Below are positions 29,169 through 37,828 of a stretch of 64,000 nucleotides of DNA, piece by piece; position 1 is the stretch's first letter; the number at the start of each line of letters is the position of its first letter. This DNA comes from a virus (lineage: Duplodnaviria > Caudoviricetes): the IMG/VR virus record IMGVR_UViG_3300044675_005052; one strand, given 5' to 3'. Below the pieces are notes generated by a model, which saw nothing but the letters and a program-made list of their open reading frames with translations, was not told the DNA's origin and searched no databases. A program made the position numbers and the translations under genes.

Positions 29169-29768
29169 ATGATAGACATAATAGATGGTTTTAAACCATG
29201 TGGGAAACAAAAGAAAAAAAATCAAATAATCCTCACACACTCTTCAAGAAGTGTTGGGGATTATTTACAATCATTAAAACTCAGATTTAATGGTAAATTT
29301 AAACGAATACCTAATTACATCGTTACTCGAGATGGACAAATACTTCAATTATTAGGTAATAATGAGCATTCAAATTATTTTACTTCAGCAAACATAAATA
29401 GAAATTCTATCATCGTTTGTTTGGAAAATTTAGGGTGGTTAGAAAAAGAACCGCTAAGTAATCATTACGTTAACTGGATTGGTGATATTTATAAAGGTAA
29501 TGTGTTTGAAAAAAAATGGAGAGATTATTATTTTTGGCAACCTTACACATCCATTCAAGTTGAAAACACTTCTATTTTGTGTAGTAAGTTACTAAAAGAA
29601 ATAAAAATTAAAAACCAAGTAATTGGGCATAATACAAAAATAAATGGTATAGAAAAATATGACGGGATAGTTAGTAAAAGTAACTTTGACACTGATTATA
29701 CAGATGTTAGCCCGGCATTTAATTTTGAAGAATTTTTAAAAAAAATAGAGCATGAGCAATTCACATGA
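29169..29768 (+). CDS. N-acetylmuramoyl-L-alanine amidase (Amidase_2-like endolysin)
   Basis: IILTHS, NYIVTRDG.I, NRNSIIVCLE, VIGHN and DVSPAF motifs. Confidence 0.75.
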   Translation: MIDIIDGFKPCGKQKKKNQIILTHSSRSVGDYLQSLKLRFNGKFKRIPNYIVTRDGQILQLLGNNEHSNYFTSANINRNSIIVCLENLGWLEKEPLSNHYVNWIGDIYKGNVFEKKWRDYYFWQPYTSIQVENTSILCSKLLKEIKIKNQVIGHNTKINGIEKYDGIVSKSNFDTDYTDVSPAFNFEEFLKKIEHEQFT

Positions 29769-30354
29769 TGAAATAAAAAGATTAGTTGAGGCATCTAGAA
29801 AGATGTTATCAAATAGTACAATTAATGAGGATATTAATCGTATTCGACAAAAACACGGTATTATTAACGAACAAGTAGGTTTGTCTGATAATGATGTTAT
29901 TTCAAAACTAAACGTTGCAAAAGACGTTGAGGATAAGATTGAAGACGACACAAATAATCAAGAAGATAAATCACAAGGATATCGAGTTGTTGGAGGTATT
30001 ATTGTATTACACGGTAAAGATAATAATGATTTAGATTTAACTACAGATGAAAAAATCGCTTTCCAAGAAACAATGAATGAATTTGTTGAACAAGTTTCAG
30101 ATTTAGTAGATTTCAATAAATTAAACGTATATCCAAATAATGTGGAGTGGTCAGGTAGAATTATTGATTTTGATTTAGATTTCTTTTTTACAATTGGTGA
30201 AGAAAATGGTGTTTACATAAACGGTGAGATGTTAAAAACTGATGATGAGTTTTTAGAAATGATTAATAAATTAAAAGTTTTCTATGAAAAATTTAAATCA
30301 AAATGGGCAAAAGTTTTAGCGTCAAGAAAACAAACAAGTAATACTGAAGAGTAA
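29752..30354 (+). CDS. Hypothetical protein with LxE leader
   Basis: 200 aa; EIKRLVE...INE...IINE N-terminus. Confidence 0.65.
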   Translation: MSNSHDEIKRLVEASRKMLSNSTINEDINRIRQKHGIINEQVGLSDNDVISKLNVAKDVEDKIEDDTNNQEDKSQGYRVVGGIIVLHGKDNNDLDLTTDEKIAFQETMNEFVEQVSDLVDFNKLNVYPNNVEWSGRIIDFDLDFFFTIGEENGVYINGEMLKTDDEFLEMINKLKVFYEKFKSKWAKVLASRKQTSNTEE

Positions 30355-30713
30355 TGAAAGATATTGTAACAAACAACAAACAAAATATATTATTAATCAT
30401 CGTTATTGTATTGGCGGCTTGGAACATATTTACAACCAATGGAATCAAAACAGATGTTAAATCATATAAAGAAAAGATAGAATCAATTCAAACTGAGATT
30501 GATTCGGCTAAAGCGGTTAATGAGGGAATTGATATTAAGATTGATTCAGTAAAAGGTAATGTGGTTAAAATTACAAAAGAAATTCATCACATAGATAATA
30601 ACATAACAATAATTAAAAAACAAACAGATGAGAAAGTTAATAGTGTTGACACTCTTACTGCTAACGAGCTTGAGCAGTTTTTCACAAACAGATACAACAA
30701 AACCAACAATTAG
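30354..30713 (+). CDS. Inner-membrane coiled-coil protein (i-spanin-like)
   Basis: N-terminal TM (ILLIIVIVLAAW) plus coiled coil; near amidase; overlaps next gene. Confidence 0.5.
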   Translation: MKDIVTNNKQNILLIIVIVLAAWNIFTTNGIKTDVKSYKEKIESIQTEIDSAKAVNEGIDIKIDSVKGNVVKITKEIHHIDNNITIIKKQTDEKVNSVDTLTANELEQFFTNRYNKTNN

Positions 30714-31059
30714 TAGTGACACTACAAAAGTTAGATTAAAAGTTCCGGTTGCTAAATTAGCGATAAAGGATATTCTAAAAGGTGATGGGTGTGAGGTTGA
30801 GTTAAAATTAACTAAAGAAAAACTTATTAAAACTGAAGAAAGGGAAAAAGAAAAAGATTCTCACATAATTCTTCTTGAAGAAAAAGATAAGAACAATAAC
30901 TTTATGTTAGGTAAAAAGGACGAACAATTAAAAGTTTCTGAAGAATTAACTAATAGTTTACATAAAGAATTAAAAGGACAAAGAACAAAAACTTTCTTAT
31001 GGAAAGTTGGTACTTTCGCAGGAATTCTTGCATCAACTTATCTTATTATAACAAAATAG
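30628..31059 (+). CDS. Secreted coiled-coil protein with C-terminal TM (spanin-partner candidate)
   Basis: MRKLIVLTLLLLTSLSSFSQ signal peptide; coiled coil; C-terminal FLWKVGTFAGILASTYLII; 86-nt overlap with 30354-30713. Confidence 0.55.
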   Translation: MRKLIVLTLLLLTSLSSFSQTDTTKPTISSDTTKVRLKVPVAKLAIKDILKGDGCEVELKLTKEKLIKTEEREKEKDSHIILLEEKDKNNNFMLGKKDEQLKVSEELTNSLHKELKGQRTKTFLWKVGTFAGILASTYLIITK

Positions 31060-31066
31060 AATAATT

Positions 31067-31900
31067 ATGAAAACTAAAGAAAGTATGGCAGCCGACTTAT
31101 TAAATAAAGTTGATGATGAAATGAGTAAAGCCGGAGTATATAGTAAAGGTATTGAAGGAATGATGGCGGTTAACGATTTTAAAAATTCATTAGGTGAAGA
31201 AAATGAAATTGATGAGAAATGGTCAAAAAAATATAAAGACAGTATAGATTGTAAAAATCCTAAAGGTTTCTCACAAAAAGCTCATTGTCAAGGAAAAAAT
31301 AAAAAAACTGAAACTGATGAATCAACGGGTTCAGGTTCTGCTGGCGGATTTTCCGCTCCATTATTCTCAACAACTAAAAAAGAGATGGAAGAGGCTTGTT
31401 GGAAAGGATATAAAGAAGTCGGTGGGAAAAAGAAAAATGGTAAGATGGTACCTAATTGTGTAAAAGAGGGTGAAGAAAAAGAAAAGGATAATAAAAAGAA
31501 ATATCTTGATATTGAAGACATGATTCCTGAATTAAGAAAAAAACTTAACAAAGGTACTAGATTAGATAAAGACACAAAAAAAGTTGAAGCAACTGAAGCT
31601 ACAGGTTCAGGGTCATCAGGACAATATTCAACGACGGCAGCTTGGGCTAAATCAACAAATAAAAAAGATTGGATGGGAAAATCTAAACCTCAAATACCTG
31701 GAGGTAAATTTGTTCAAGTTAAGAAAAAATGTAAAAAATTCCCATATTGTAATCAAGGTGATATTAAAGCCCTTAAGATATATGAGAATGAGACGGTTAA
31801 GAAAGCTATTAAAAATATTAGTGAAAAACACAATATTAGTGAGAATGTAATCAAATCAATTATTTCATATGAGTACGAAAAATTAAAATCAAATAAATAA
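31067..31900 (+). CDS. Modular basic protein (putative internal head protein)
   Basis: Short modules each starting after xxE: KWSKKYKDSIDCKNPKGFSQKAHC, ACWKGYKEVGGKKKNGKMVPNCVKE, two (S/A)TGSGS(A/S)G motifs. Confidence 0.6.
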   Translation: MKTKESMAADLLNKVDDEMSKAGVYSKGIEGMMAVNDFKNSLGEENEIDEKWSKKYKDSIDCKNPKGFSQKAHCQGKNKKTETDESTGSGSAGGFSAPLFSTTKKEMEEACWKGYKEVGGKKKNGKMVPNCVKEGEEKEKDNKKKYLDIEDMIPELRKKLNKGTRLDKDTKKVEATEATGSGSSGQYSTTAAWAKSTNKKDWMGKSKPQIPGGKFVQVKKKCKKFPYCNQGDIKALKIYENETVKKAIKNISEKHNISENVIKSIISYEYEKLKSNK

Positions 31901-31915
31901 AGTAAAAAACTAATA

Positions 31916-31922
31916 TATTTAT
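31916..31922 (+). promoter_or_regulatory. Putative late promoter TATTTAT
   Basis: 15 nt before ATG 31938. Confidence 0.55.
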
Positions 31923-31937
31923 AATAAAAAAACAACA

Positions 31938-33248
31938 ATGAGAAAATTAACTATAACTTATTTAGAAAAAATGATTTCTAAAGTATTGAAAGAAAATTTA
32001 GGTGAAAAGGCAGAAACTTTAGTATCTAAAATTAAATCATCTATTAAAGAAAACTCTGAAGTTTGTGAACAGTGTGGTAGTAATATGAATGAAGGTGAAT
32101 GTATGGAATGTGGGTATAATATGATGGAAGAAGGTATTTATGATGTTGAAGACATTAATAACAAAGATGAGTTTGATTACGTTCAAGAAGAAGAAGATAT
32201 TGAAACAGAGACAAATATAGAAAATGAAGAATCTTGTAAATATCATATGGATAAATTTGGTCCGGAAGATGATAGAACAAAACAATTTTGTGGTGACTCA
32301 ATGAATGAGGGATTGAAAGGTCGTCAAAGAAAATTAGATAAAAACAAAAACAATAAAATTGATTCGGAGGACTTTAAACTTTTACGTAAAGAGAAAAAAG
32401 GAAATAGCATGAAATTTAAAGATAGACATGGTATGGAGGAACAAGAAACTGAAGAAGGTAATGCGTTTTCAGGAGCTTTATCAGATGCTAAAAAAAGTGG
32501 TAAAGATTCTTTTGAAGTTGATGGTAAAAAATACCCGGTTAAAGAATCAGTTAGAATGAATGAAAGAGAGTTAGTTAATTTAATTGAAAGAATTGTTTTA
32601 GAACAAAAAACCACAAATGTTAAAGACCCGGCTGAAAAAAATAACTTAAAAACTATTGGAAGTGCTCCGGGATTAGAAAAATACAAACAAGTTCATAAAA
32701 AAGACGGTAAAGAAAATGAAGATAACCTTAAAGCTGTTGCTCAAAAAATGAAAGATTATTTGAAAGATGGTTCTAAAGCTGAATATGATACAAATCCAAA
32801 AATTTTTCCTAAAGGAAATGGGGAATTAGCTAAAATGAGTAAAAAGGCATATGTTCCGTCAGGAGCGGTGGAAGATTATATTGATAACTTTACTGCAGCG
32901 GCTTTAGAGAATTTAGATTATGATGGTATTGAACCTAACGAAGAGTGGGTAACTAATAACATAGAAGGTTCTTCAAAAACAGGTAACAACCCTGATTGGG
33001 CAAATACTGGTGAATCTGATGTTAATAAAAAACGTAATAAAATTAGAAAAGATAATTTATTAGGTAAACTTAAAAGAAAAGCGTATAACAAAGCACCTCA
33101 ACCGGTTATCAATGATAAATCAGGTGAAGATAAAGGAAGTGATATTATGGCTAAATTAGAATCGGTTAACGATAAAAAAACAAAACAAATTAATGAGGAG
33201 TTTGATAGAATGAAATCTTTAATCGGTTACAATCAAAAAACTCAATAA
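31938..33248 (+). CDS. Modular charged protein (putative prohead core/internal head protein)
   Basis: 436 aa; many (I/L/M)xE junctions; CEQC/CMEC knuckle; EF-hand-like LDKNKNNKIDSEDF. Confidence 0.6.
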   Translation: MRKLTITYLEKMISKVLKENLGEKAETLVSKIKSSIKENSEVCEQCGSNMNEGECMECGYNMMEEGIYDVEDINNKDEFDYVQEEEDIETETNIENEESCKYHMDKFGPEDDRTKQFCGDSMNEGLKGRQRKLDKNKNNKIDSEDFKLLRKEKKGNSMKFKDRHGMEEQETEEGNAFSGALSDAKKSGKDSFEVDGKKYPVKESVRMNERELVNLIERIVLEQKTTNVKDPAEKNNLKTIGSAPGLEKYKQVHKKDGKENEDNLKAVAQKMKDYLKDGSKAEYDTNPKIFPKGNGELAKMSKKAYVPSGAVEDYIDNFTAAALENLDYDGIEPNEEWVTNNIEGSSKTGNNPDWANTGESDVNKKRNKIRKDNLLGKLKRKAYNKAPQPVINDKSGEDKGSDIMAKLESVNDKKTKQINEEFDRMKSLIGYNQKTQ

Positions 33249-33296
33249 TTTACAAACAAATTATATCAATTATATTTTCTCCATAGACAAACATCT

Positions 33297-33764
33297 ATGG
33301 AGAATTTTTTTAACTACATAACGAAACCCTTAAAACCTGAAGATATTGATATTTGGTTTAAGATGAATAATATAATTTCTGAAAAAATGGAATTATATTC
33401 TGATTTCTGCCATACATTATATATTTTAATCTACGATACTTATTTAGGTCAAGATGATGTGTCTACCGAAACTAAAATTAAATTAACGGATGATGATAAT
33501 TTAAAACACTTTGAATGGTGTTGGATGAAGGTTATAGATAATTTTGGTAAAGAAAATATTAACTTCAATAAGAGAGGTGACCATTTCGATTATTTTTATT
33601 CATTCTTTAGTGAAATATTTTATCTTCAAGTTGAAGATAAAGTTAAAAACTCTATTAATAGTTTTTTTACAGACCTATTTAACACCAAAAAAACTTTTAC
33701 AAAATCAGATTTAGATATGGTTTTAACCATTTATAAAATATTAGACAAAAATCTTAAAAAATAA
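33297..33764 (+). CDS. Hypothetical protein
   Basis: 155-aa ORF. Confidence 0.65.
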   Translation: MENFFNYITKPLKPEDIDIWFKMNNIISEKMELYSDFCHTLYILIYDTYLGQDDVSTETKIKLTDDDNLKHFEWCWMKVIDNFGKENINFNKRGDHFDYFYSFFSEIFYLQVEDKVKNSINSFFTDLFNTKKTFTKSDLDMVLTIYKILDKNLKK

Positions 33765-33846
33765 AAAAATCCTTTATAGTGTTTACTATAGGATAAAAAA
33801 AATTATTTTATAAGTATTAAAAATAAATTAATTAACACAATTTGAA

Positions 33847-34023
33847 ATGGAAACATTAGAACAAATTAAATCTTTAACCGAAGAGTTATCTGTTGATACT
33901 TCAAAATTTTTTGGAGGTAATAAAAGTGCTGGAACAAGAGCAAGAAAATCTGCACAAGATTTGAAAAAATTATTAGATAGTTTAAGAAAAGAGATTTTAT
34001 CTGAAAGAAAAAAAGAAGAGTAA
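33847..34023 (+). CDS. Histone H1-like/Hc1-like small DNA-binding protein (58 aa, not in ORF track)
   Basis: METLEQIKSLTEELSVDTSKFFGGNKSAGTRARKSAQDLKKLLDSLRKEILSERKKEE*; GNKSAGTRARK motif; stop overlaps next ATG. Confidence 0.75.
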   Translation: METLEQIKSLTEELSVDTSKFFGGNKSAGTRARKSAQDLKKLLDSLRKEILSERKKEE

Positions 34024-34211
34024 TGGATAGTACTGATACAATTTTTTTATTTGTATTTATCTTTTCAGTTCTAACCGTGTTTAGAACGGTTACTAGATTG
34101 GTAAGTTCCCTGTTCTCAAACCCACCAAAGAGATTCCAATGGAATAGAGGGGAACTTATTTATCTTGGATTAGCAATATCATATTGTTTAACCTACATTA
34201 TTAAAAATTAA
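34023..34211 (+). CDS. Small two-TM membrane protein
   Basis: 62 aa, hydrophobic. Confidence 0.6.
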   Translation: MDSTDTIFLFVFIFSVLTVFRTVTRLVSSLFSNPPKRFQWNRGELIYLGLAISYCLTYIIKN

Positions 34212-34213
34212 TT

Positions 34214-34660
34214 ATGAGTTTGTATAAAGAATTTTCGGAATTATTACCGTATATTCAATCAGTAAGAAAGATTGAAAAATATTTATCGTTTGATATTAGT
34301 TTCCCAACATCATGGAAACTACCTAAAAAATATGTCCAAGAAGATAAAGTAATGGAACAGGAAAATAAAATAGCTGGTAACCGTACATTTTCTTTTGTTG
34401 CGGAAATTAATGAAAGTGATGTAGAACAAGTAACTGAAAATTTACAAAACATTATAAAATATAATCTTGAGAGAGAAGAAAAAGATAGATTATTTCAAAA
34501 TAAAGTTGATGAGTTAAAATCTATTTTTGAAAAACAAAATTTAGAAAGTTTACAGAATTTAAAATTTGATTTAAAATCTAAAACATTAAGTAAATTAAAA
34601 CTTGACGATAATGAAGAAGAGCTTACAACAACTAGAGTGGTTGCAGAACGAGATAATTAA
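34214..34660 (+). CDS. Hypothetical protein
   Basis: 148-aa ORF in operon. Confidence 0.65.
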   Translation: MSLYKEFSELLPYIQSVRKIEKYLSFDISFPTSWKLPKKYVQEDKVMEQENKIAGNRTFSFVAEINESDVEQVTENLQNIIKYNLEREEKDRLFQNKVDELKSIFEKQNLESLQNLKFDLKSKTLSKLKLDDNEEELTTTRVVAERDN

Positions 34661-34796
34661 AGATAAAATTATTCTTGACCAAGAAAAGTCAAAATTAATT
34701 GATAATATTAAAAAATTAAAAAAGGAAGATATTCTTCCAAAACCTCCGGAAAAATTGACATTATGGCAGAGAATCAAAAAAGTATTGATGGGATAA
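34611..34796 (+). CDS. Small coiled-coil protein
   Basis: MKKSLQQLEWLQNEIIKDK...LTLWQRIKKVLMG; ATG at 34611. Confidence 0.55.
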   Translation: MKKSLQQLEWLQNEIIKDKIILDQEKSKLIDNIKKLKKEDILPKPPEKLTLWQRIKKVLMG

Positions 34797-34999
34797 TTGA
34801 AAAGTTGGCAATGATTGTTGACGCTGCAGATGAATTATTTCCTGATGGAAAAATGTTATTAGCATTTGAATTAAAAGAAACTGAATTTAAAAAAGTTCAA
34901 GGAAACTTTAGAGAAATCGACAAATCTTTTAAACAATTTAAAATAGAAATGTCGGGTAATGATATTATGTTTTTGTTGGATGAGTCGTCGAATGTCTAA
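34763..34999 (+). CDS. Hypothetical protein
   Basis: 78-aa ORF. Confidence 0.55.
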   Translation: MAENQKSIDGIIEKLAMIVDAADELFPDGKMLLAFELKETEFKKVQGNFREIDKSFKQFKIEMSGNDIMFLLDESSNV

Positions 35000-35606
35000 T
35001 TAAATAATGTTTAGGAAACCCGTTTTCTTCTAATAGATTATATAGGTATTTTCTTTGTGAAGTGCTATAATCTTTAACAAACATACAATCGTATCGTTTT
35101 TCATTTATAAAGTGTTCCGATACATTATCAATAAATCTTAAACTATCATCATCATTTTTAAATGTTAATAAATTAAATTTATCATCATTTTGAATGATGA
35201 TTTTATTGTTTAATTTAGATATTAATTTAAGTCCGTCTTCTTTTAAATAAGTTTTTAATAATTCACCTAACCCTATTTTTTGATTTTTTGAATAATCTAA
35301 AAACGACTCTTCAATCTTAAATTTCATTATTTTTAAGATTGTAAAGTTATCGTCATCTAAATTTACTTTAACTTTTCTCCCGTATTCGTCTTTTAAAAAT
35401 ATAGGTAAAAAAGTCCCCGAAGTTTTTTCTAATAACGCTAATTCATAACTACACTCCACACCATTTTCATATTTTTTATCAAATATAACTAAATCACTTT
35501 CATCCATAAGTGAATCAAAATAATTATTTGCCCTTTTATGGGTCATAAATTTCTTGATTATTTTCTTTTTTGTTTTATTTTTAAACAATACTATCTGATA
35601 GTTCAT
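34965..35606 (-). CDS. Hypothetical protein
   Basis: 213-aa ORF, divergent from dnaJ. Confidence 0.65.
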   Translation of the reverse strand: MNYQIVLFKNKTKKKIIKKFMTHKRANNYFDSLMDESDLVIFDKKYENGVECSYELALLEKTSGTFLPIFLKDEYGRKVKVNLDDDNFTILKIMKFKIEESFLDYSKNQKIGLGELLKTYLKEDGLKLISKLNNKIIIQNDDKFNLLTFKNDDDSLRFIDNVSEHFINEKRYDCMFVKDYSTSQRKYLYNLLEENGFPKHYLIRHSTTHPTKT

Positions 35607-35661
35607 ATTTGGTGTGTATTAATAAATAAGTTAGTTTTATATTAAATATAAGTAAATAAGT

Positions 35662-36579
35662 ATGGAGAATTTTTATCAAACACTAGGTGTGAATGAAAAC
35701 GCAACTCAAGATGAGATTAAGAAAGCATATCGTAAATTAGCGGTAGAACATCATCCGGACAAAGGTGGTAATGAAGATACTTTTAAAAAAATATCACAAG
35801 CTTATGATACGGTAGGTGACGAAAGTAAACGAAAACAATACGATAACCAAAGAAGTAACCCATTTTCTAATATGGGTGGTGGAGGGTTTAATCCTTTTGA
35901 GGATATGTTTCAAAATGGTTTTTACCAACAAAGAAGAAGGGCGGCTCCTGATAAAATTATTGAAGTTACCGTTGGTGCAATACAATCTTATAATGGTTCA
36001 GAAAAAAGTTTTACGTATAATAGAAAACATAAATGTGAACCGTGTAATGGTAATGGTGGTGAAAGAATAAATTGTAACTCTTGTGGTGGGGAAGGGTTTA
36101 TTACACAAAGAGTTGGTTCAGGGTTATTTGTCCAACTTGTGAGACAAACTTGTAATTCATGTGGTGGTAAAGGATTTTCATATAAAACGGTTTGTGGTTC
36201 GTGTAATGGAGAAACAACCACTACTAAACCTGAGACAATAACAATTAAACTTCCTCACGGAATAGATGAGGGTCAATTTTTGAAATTGCAAGGTAAAGGT
36301 GACTATGTGAATGGTGTTTATGGAAATCTAGTAATTAAAGTTAAAGTAACTCCTGAAGATAATTTTGAAAAATCAGGTGATGATTTGATATATAATGCGT
36401 ATTTTAATTTAGATACTATTAGAAATGAAAAGTTAGATATTAAACACCCAAAAGGTACAATGTCTATAAAATTACCTGAAGAATTTGATACAGAAAAACC
36501 CCTTCGAGTAAAATCAAAAGGGTTTCATAATACGGGTGATTTATTCGTTAAGCTACACGTTAAATTTAAACGTAATTAG
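35662..36579 (+). CDS. dnaJ: DnaJ (Hsp40) co-chaperone
   Basis: J-domain with HPD, G/F-rich linker, four CxxCxGxG motifs, C-terminal LPHGI...GKG...GNLVI. Confidence 0.92.
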   Translation: MENFYQTLGVNENATQDEIKKAYRKLAVEHHPDKGGNEDTFKKISQAYDTVGDESKRKQYDNQRSNPFSNMGGGGFNPFEDMFQNGFYQQRRRAAPDKIIEVTVGAIQSYNGSEKSFTYNRKHKCEPCNGNGGERINCNSCGGEGFITQRVGSGLFVQLVRQTCNSCGGKGFSYKTVCGSCNGETTTTKPETITIKLPHGIDEGQFLKLQGKGDYVNGVYGNLVIKVKVTPEDNFEKSGDDLIYNAYFNLDTIRNEKLDIKHPKGTMSIKLPEEFDTEKPLRVKSKGFHNTGDLFVKLHVKFKRN

Positions 36580-36779
36580 AAAAGATTAATTAGTTCTTTT
36601 ACTAATTTGATTGTGCCATAAATTGATGAGAATAAAACATATGTTGATATAATCACCATAACCCAATGTGATTTAGATAATGACTTACGTTTACATGTTT
36701 TACATTCTTTTTTAGGTTGTTCAGTGATGTCGTAAATAATATCCTTTTCTTCGATAATTTGTCCTTCAAGTTGTTCCAT
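36576..36779 (-). CDS. Small membrane protein
   Basis: CKTC then TM ([21 protein letters not shown]). Confidence 0.55.
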   Translation of the reverse strand: MEQLEGQIIEEKDIIYDITEQPKKECKTCKRKSLSKSHWVMVIISTYVLFSSIYGTIKLVKELINLF

Positions 36780-36872
36780 AGTAATATATTTTAAATAAAT
36801 ATAATAAAAAATTTTTGAAAGAGAAACTTGCTTTTTAACTTTTTATTTCTTATACTTAAAAAAAAGAAAATT

Positions 36873-37721
36873 ATGGCATTATCGTACATCGGAGGTAAAT
36901 CTAAAATAGGTAAATGGATTGTTCCATTTATACCTAACGACATTGAAACATACATTGAACCATTTTCAGGTATGTTTTGGGTATTTTTTAATATGGACTT
37001 AACAAAGTACCCAAACTTAAAGAACGTTGTTTACAACGACTTTAATCCACTAAACTACAATTTATTTCAATGTCTTCATAATCCGGAAAGATTATTAGAA
37101 GAAGTGAATAATATTCCTTGTCAACAAAGGAATGAGTTTCCGACACCGGACATCTATAAAGAACAATTTATCAACTTCCAAGCTGAAATTTTTGACGAGA
37201 ATTTAAACTTACAGGCTTACGATTATGTTATCGCTGCGAAATACGCTTATGTATTATCACAGGTATTCTCGGGGTCTAAACCTGAAACAAGTAATTTTAT
37301 TGACTTAAAAGGTAAGTATAAATCAAAATACCTTACATTCAGAGATAAGTTATCTAAAAAAGATTGGGTTGAACACTTCTTAAAGATTACTCACGTAGAA
37401 AATATGGACTTCCAAGACGTTATCCAAAAATATGATGGGCCATCAACATATGTTTATGCTGACCCCCCATATTGGAAGACAGAGAACTATTACAACAACC
37501 ACGACTTTGATAGTAAAGACCACGAGAGATTGGCTGATTGTCTAAAAGGTATTCAAGGTAAGTTCTCATTATCGTATTACGATTTCCCACAATTACATAC
37601 TTGGTTTCCACCTCTTCAATTTGTTTGGGAGAAGAAAGAGTTCGCTAAGGCGGCCGCTGCGAAGAAAGGTAAGGCACAAAATATGGGGGAAGAACTCCTT
37701 ATTATGAATTACCAAAAATAA
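36873..37721 (+). CDS. D12-class (Dam-family) N6-adenine DNA methyltransferase; specificity probably not GATC
   Basis: YIGGKS, YIEPFSG, VYNDFN, ENMDF and YADPPY motifs; start moved to ATG 36873. Confidence 0.88.
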   Translation: MALSYIGGKSKIGKWIVPFIPNDIETYIEPFSGMFWVFFNMDLTKYPNLKNVVYNDFNPLNYNLFQCLHNPERLLEEVNNIPCQQRNEFPTPDIYKEQFINFQAEIFDENLNLQAYDYVIAAKYAYVLSQVFSGSKPETSNFIDLKGKYKSKYLTFRDKLSKKDWVEHFLKITHVENMDFQDVIQKYDGPSTYVYADPPYWKTENYYNNHDFDSKDHERLADCLKGIQGKFSLSYYDFPQLHTWFPPLQFVWEKKEFAKAAAAKKGKAQNMGEELLIMNYQK

Positions 37722-37722
37722 T

Positions 37723-37812
37723 TTGTGTTTTAAGAAATAAGTGTTATCTTTGTCCCCGTTGAACAAAAGTAAATGATGTTTAGCGAATTATTTAGAAAAA
37801 ACAAATATTTAT
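37723..37812 (+). promoter_or_regulatory. Tandem early (TTTG...TATCTTTG) and late (TATTTAT, 37806-37812) promoter motifs
   Basis: TTTG at ~37722 and TATCTTTG at 37745-37752; TATTTAT 16 nt before ATG 37829. Confidence 0.5.
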
Positions 37813-37828
37813 AATAAAAACGATTAAA

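Noticed and set aside
33282-33299. Small hairpin CATAGA-caaaca-TCTATG covering the ATG of 33297
   Set aside because: A 6-bp AU-rich stem is expected by chance in this composition; no supporting evidence.
36873-37721. Labelling this gene dam (GATC methylase)
   Set aside because: Family motifs fit, but GATC appears to be avoided in the genome, so GATC specificity is doubtful.
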